Assembly: GCA_043812195.1 (NCBI GenBank)
Contig: JBDRML010000034.1
Coordinates: forward strand, 1-19,694
From: Candidatus Woesearchaeota archaeon
GTDB taxonomy: Archaea > Nanobdellota > Nanobdellia > SCGC-AAA011-G17 > PNOQ01
Reading direction: 5' to 3'
Length of the DNA stretch: 19,694 nt
The notes beneath the pieces were generated by a model. That model did not search any database. It had not been told where the DNA came from and saw only the letters and a program-made list of their open reading frames with translations. The stretch's first letter is position 1, and each line of letters starts with the position of its first letter. Of this stretch, positions 15,967 to 19,694 are shown one piece after another. Made by a program: the position numbers and the translations under genes.

Positions 15967-17403
15967 TTATCTATTTGAATAAATCCAATTCACTTCAGGA
16001 TATTCAGAACATTCAAATTCAAGTTTATAATTTTCTTCCATAATACTTTTAAGATTTTGCCATTTTTCTGTTTCAAATCCAGAATTAAACTTTGTAAAAA
16101 TAAAATAAATAGTTTTATCTGTGGAATTTAATAGTTCTTTAATTGTTTCTTCATTCAAATTATCTGGATAATAAGCACTTTCTTTTTTTACATAATATCT
16201 AAATAATGGTGGGTTTTCACTAACAATCATAAAATCTCCATTTATACTTTGAAGTTCAGTAGCTACTTCCTCAAAACATTTTGTATTTGTATTATGATAA
16301 ATACCATATTCAACAAAAAAGTAAATTCCCGAAGAAATTAAAAGAATTAAAAGAATTACAAAAATTATTAACTTTTTATATTTCTTTACCTTATCTACAA
16401 AATATCCTGAAATTAAAGCAATAGTTGGAACAATTGCTAAAATAAACCTATCTTCTTTATGTGGCATATAAATCGCCATTCCTAAGAAAAAAGCAAACCA
16501 AATTAAAAGCAAATAAAATTCTTTTTTCAAGAAATCTTTTTTATACAAAATATAAATTAGCCCAATAACAAAAATAAATCCTATTATTGAGAACATCTGC
16601 AACCAATGATCAAAAAAGAAATGCCAAGATTGAATTCCACCCCAATAAGAAGATGCCATAGCTCCATGAATAAATGCTCCTATTGGATTATTATATTCAA
16701 AAACCCCATAAATAAACCAAGGAATCAAAGCTAAGAAAAATGCTAAAATTGAATACCACAAATATCTATCTTTCAAAAATTTAAAAGATTTATCTCTTGC
16801 TAAAAAATATAAGATAAAAACAGGAATTATCCATAAAGCAGTATATCTTGATAAAAGAGCTAAAGCTAAAAAAACCCCAAATAAAACCTTATGTTTTTTA
16901 TTCTCTTTTTCATAACCTTTCCAAAAACTTAAAAATGTAAGCAAAACCAAAAAAGTAAATAAAACACCAGTTAAAATTCTTCCACTGTAAAAAGCGTGCA
17001 GAGGAATTAAAGCAAAAAATGAAGAGGAAATCAAACCAATTTTTTTATTAAATAATTCTTTCCCTAATAAATAAACAAGAACAACACTAAAAGCCCCAAC
17101 TATTGGCATTATAAAATTTATTAAAAAATTTAATTTCAAAAAATAAAATCCAGATATCAAATAAGGCAATAATGGAGCCCTAAATCCCGCGCTTAAATTT
17201 AATTGATTCCCAGGCATAAAATCAATCCAACCATGTGTAAAAGAATATTGAAAAAAATTCTTAGATAAATCATAACCAAGATTAGTATATACTGTTTCAT
17301 CCCATAATTTGACAGGCATAACAAAAACAAAAAATACCCTAATTACTAAGGCAATTGCAAAAATGCAAATAATAATTCTATTTTTTTTAATCCAATTTTT
17401 CAT
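15967..17403 (-). CDS. GT-C fold polytopic glycosyltransferase (PMT_2/ArnT-like, GT39/GT83)
   Basis: WDE loop motif after TM1, RAPL, many TM helices, KEDRF; ATG 17403 overlaps the upstream stop (ATGA); ORF track starts at 17418. Confidence 0.85.
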   Translation of the reverse strand: MKNWIKKNRIIICIFAIALVIRVFFVFVMPVKLWDETVYTNLGYDLSKNFFQYSFTHGWIDFMPGNQLNLSAGFRAPLLPYLISGFYFLKLNFLINFIMPIVGAFSVVLVYLLGKELFNKKIGLISSSFFALIPLHAFYSGRILTGVLFTFLVLLTFLSFWKGYEKENKKHKVLFGVFLALALLSRYTALWIIPVFILYFLARDKSFKFLKDRYLWYSILAFFLALIPWFIYGVFEYNNPIGAFIHGAMASSYWGGIQSWHFFFDHWLQMFSIIGFIFVIGLIYILYKKDFLKKEFYLLLIWFAFFLGMAIYMPHKEDRFILAIVPTIALISGYFVDKVKKYKKLIIFVILLILLISSGIYFFVEYGIYHNTNTKCFEEVATELQSINGDFMIVSENPPLFRYYVKKESAYYPDNLNEETIKELLNSTDKTIYFIFTKFNSGFETEKWQNLKSIMEENYKLEFECSEYPEVNWIYSNR

Positions 17404-18467
17404 TTTGAAAAAGTCCATATTTTATTGCCTAAAAAATTTATGATTAAAGCAATTCCTATTGCTAAAATTTGAGAGACTATATAATAAATCCCCAAAATTT
17501 CAGTAAAAAAATATAAGAAAAATAAGTTTACCAAAAGAGCCGAAACACTAATTAAACCAAATTGCAAGTATTTTTTCCCAACATTTAGTTTTATATTCTC
17601 TTTAAATGTCCAAACTTTATTTAAGGTGAAATTACTCGTCATAGCTACAATAAACGAAGCAATCGCAGAAAGCATATAATAAATTCCTACCTTTTCTGTC
17701 AATAGATACAAAATTAATACATTAATAACAGTTCCAATCCCTCCAACAATAGCAAACTTAAAAAATTCTTTAATTACATTTTTCTTATAAGGTAAATATC
17801 CTACCAAATTTCGAATATAATATAGAATTTCTTTTGTTCCTGCTTTACTTTTTCCTTCAACCCGATTAGTAAATGTTATTGGGATTTCTTTTATTTTTTT
17901 ATAATCTGCTTTTATGATTAATTCCAAAAGAATCTTAAAACCTTTAGGATCTATCTCTTTGTTTTTTATACAATCTTTTTCTATCATAAAAAAGCCAGTC
18001 ATAGGATCTTTAACTTTTGTATAAATTCTTGCTAAAAGCGTGGCAGTTTTAGACATTAATTTTCTTTTTAAATTCCAGCCCTTTATTGTTCCATCCTTGA
18101 TATATCTGCTCCCTATTGTAAAATTTGCTTCACCTTTTTCAATTGACCAAAAAAGTTCTTTTATTTTCTCAGGTGGATGACTTAAATCAGCATCCATAAC
18201 TCCCAAAATTTCACCATCTGCAATCTTCCACCCATCCAAAACTGCTGAAGAAAGCCCCAATTTTCCTTTTCTATGGACAACCTTAATATTTTCATATTTC
18301 TTCTTTAATTCTTCTAAAATATCTCCTGTTCCATCTGGAGAATTATCATCAACTACAATTATCTCTCCATCAATCTCATTTTTTTTAAACTCCTCTTGAA
18401 TTTTTTTAACAAGTTTCTGGATGTTATCTTTTTCGTTGTATGTTGGAATAACTAAACTTAATTTCAT
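17400..18467 (-). CDS. GT2 polyprenol/dolichol-phosphate hexosyltransferase (DPM1-like) fused to a GtrA flippase-like domain
   Basis: VIPTYNE, VVDDNSPDGT, MDADLSHPP, GSRY, DPMTGF; C-terminal FFKFAIVGGIGTVIN...NF..NK.WTF GtrA pattern; ATG 18467 has tttttaag 25 nt upstream. Confidence 0.9.
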   Translation of the reverse strand: MKLSLVIPTYNEKDNIQKLVKKIQEEFKKNEIDGEIIVVDDNSPDGTGDILEELKKKYENIKVVHRKGKLGLSSAVLDGWKIADGEILGVMDADLSHPPEKIKELFWSIEKGEANFTIGSRYIKDGTIKGWNLKRKLMSKTATLLARIYTKVKDPMTGFFMIEKDCIKNKEIDPKGFKILLELIIKADYKKIKEIPITFTNRVEGKSKAGTKEILYYIRNLVGYLPYKKNVIKEFFKFAIVGGIGTVINVLILYLLTEKVGIYYMLSAIASFIVAMTSNFTLNKVWTFKENIKLNVGKKYLQFGLISVSALLVNLFFLYFFTEILGIYYIVSQILAIGIALIINFLGNKIWTFSK

Positions 18468-18546
18468 AACATTATCAATAAACAATTCATACTTAAAAAG
18501 ATAACTAAAATAAGTGTATTAAGAAATCTAAAAGAGCACGTTTAGT

Positions 18547-19017
18547 TTATTTCAAAGAACCAATTCTACTTCTATATTCTTTTATTTCTTTTTCAGAAAG
18601 ATTAGAAACTAATTCATCAAAATTTGAGATAAAATTCTGTGCTTCTATAAGCATGGCTTCAACTTTATTTTCTTGATCTACTTTCATATAATACTGAGCA
18701 TCAATTCTTTTATCTTTATGTTCATTAATTATTTTAGTTTTATCTTCTCCTAACAAAATACCTACAGCAAGAATTGAACAAGAATGATTCTCACATTTTA
18801 CTCCAATTCGTTGAAGAAAAGAATAAAGAGAATAATATTCTGCATAATAGATTGCCACAGTTGTCCAAAGCAAATCTTTATCTTCAAAGTTTTTTCTGGC
18901 TCTTAATAAAGAAGATTTGGCTTGTTCAAGATAAGATTTTGATAATCTTTCATTCGGTTCAACTACATTTAATCCATCTTTTATCTTAAAACACCACTTT
19001 AGTTTTTTATTTTCCAT
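18547..19017 (-). CDS. HEPN-domain protein (toxin-type partner of MNT)
   Basis: YYAEYY helix, CENH, RIDAQY (Rx4Y variant); 11-nt overlap with the upstream MNT gene. Confidence 0.85.
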   Translation of the reverse strand: MENKKLKWCFKIKDGLNVVEPNERLSKSYLEQAKSSLLRARKNFEDKDLLWTTVAIYYAEYYSLYSFLQRIGVKCENHSCSILAVGILLGEDKTKIINEHKDKRIDAQYYMKVDQENKVEAMLIEAQNFISNFDELVSNLSEKEIKEYRSRIGSLK

Positions 19018-19585
19018 AGTAACTCCACATAGTATTTACATAAAAAGAATGATTGCTTAAAATTATATGATTTTCTTCAATCTCCTTTATTAAGTTTTCT
19101 TGCTCCTTGAGTGCTTTTAAAAAAGTTTTTTCACCGAAATTAAGTGGATGGACTTTAAAAGGTAACAAATGAAAGGGCAGATTTAATTCTTTTTCTGAAA
19201 TTATTAACAAATCCAAATCTGAATTTTTATCTGCTGTAAATTTAGCAAAACTTCCAAAAACAATTATAGGAGCAGTTATTTTAAGAGATTTTAAAAACAT
19301 CTTAAATTGAGGATATTTTTCTATAAATAAATCTGTTTTATAAATTTCTGCTTGTAGTAAATATAATTTAGTTTTTATATTATCGAGGTTTAATGAAAAA
19401 TATTTATTCTTTCCTTCTATTTTACTTTTAAGAACGTTAAATTTTTCTAATAATGCTAAAACATTTTGGCAGGTTTTAAGAGGTAATTTTGACAATTTGC
19501 TTATTTCTCTCAAATAAAATCTTGATTTGTAGTTTCCTATAAACAAAGAGACTACTTCCAATCCATTGTTTCCTTTTTGATACAT
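19007..19585 (-). CDS. wHTH-minimal nucleotidyltransferase (MNT) antitoxin
   Basis: N-terminal FYLREISKLSKLPLKTCQNVLALLEK wHTH; FGSFAKFTADKNSDLD (GSx10DxD). Confidence 0.88.
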   Translation of the reverse strand: MYQKGNNGLEVVSLFIGNYKSRFYLREISKLSKLPLKTCQNVLALLEKFNVLKSKIEGKNKYFSLNLDNIKTKLYLLQAEIYKTDLFIEKYPQFKMFLKSLKITAPIIVFGSFAKFTADKNSDLDLLIISEKELNLPFHLLPFKVHPLNFGEKTFLKALKEQENLIKEIEENHIILSNHSFYVNTMWSYYGK

Positions 19586-19616
19586 ATGTATCTAATTATA
19601 TACATCACTATTTAAA
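19579..19616 (-). promoter_or_regulatory. TATA-like box and palindromic operator of the MNT-HEPN operon
   Basis: Perfect palindrome gatacatatgtatc 19579-19592; near-perfect 20-bp inverted repeat atgtatctaattatatacat 19586-19605; tttaaata on minus strand at 19609-19616. Confidence 0.65.
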
Positions 19617-19694
19617 TCTTTCGGTTTTAGAATGGTTTTCTCACAAAGATTATGATAAAAGATTTAAGTATAATTCTTAATCTAAACACTCACC

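Noticed and set aside
15070-18989. Short plus-strand ORFs 15070..15255 and 18774..18989
   Set aside because: Out-of-frame or antisense overlaps with confident CDSs; no recognisable motifs

Overview
AT-rich, A-skewed prokaryotic DNA that looks archaeal, most like a small-genome DPANN archaeon (Woese/Pacearchaeota-like). This is inferred from TATA-like boxes about 22-25 nt upstream of start codons, a single-domain KaiC-like ATPase, a DPM-synthase/GT-C pair and a wHTH-MNT/HEPN pair. Plus strand: end of a partial gene, KaiC/RecA-family ATPase, secreted/membrane coiled-coil protein, KsgA/RsmA, cytidylyltransferase, TldD, AAA_14/DUF4143 ATPase, then an rpiB-rpe-transketolase-LOG operon interrupted twice by large lipoprotein-type secreted proteases (an M11/M6-like metzincin and a C25 gingipain-like/FG-GAP protein). 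Minus strand: MNT-HEPN toxin-antitoxin pair, GT2-GtrA and GT-C glycosyltransferases. The most striking feature is that the two unrelated proteases share the same lipobox (LVISGCE), an 84-aa 10-Cys domain (75/84 identical) and a near-identical C-terminal tail. Each sits at an ATGA stop/start junction bounded by TAAAATGAAA direct repeats, suggesting a modular, cassette-like family of surface enzymes.
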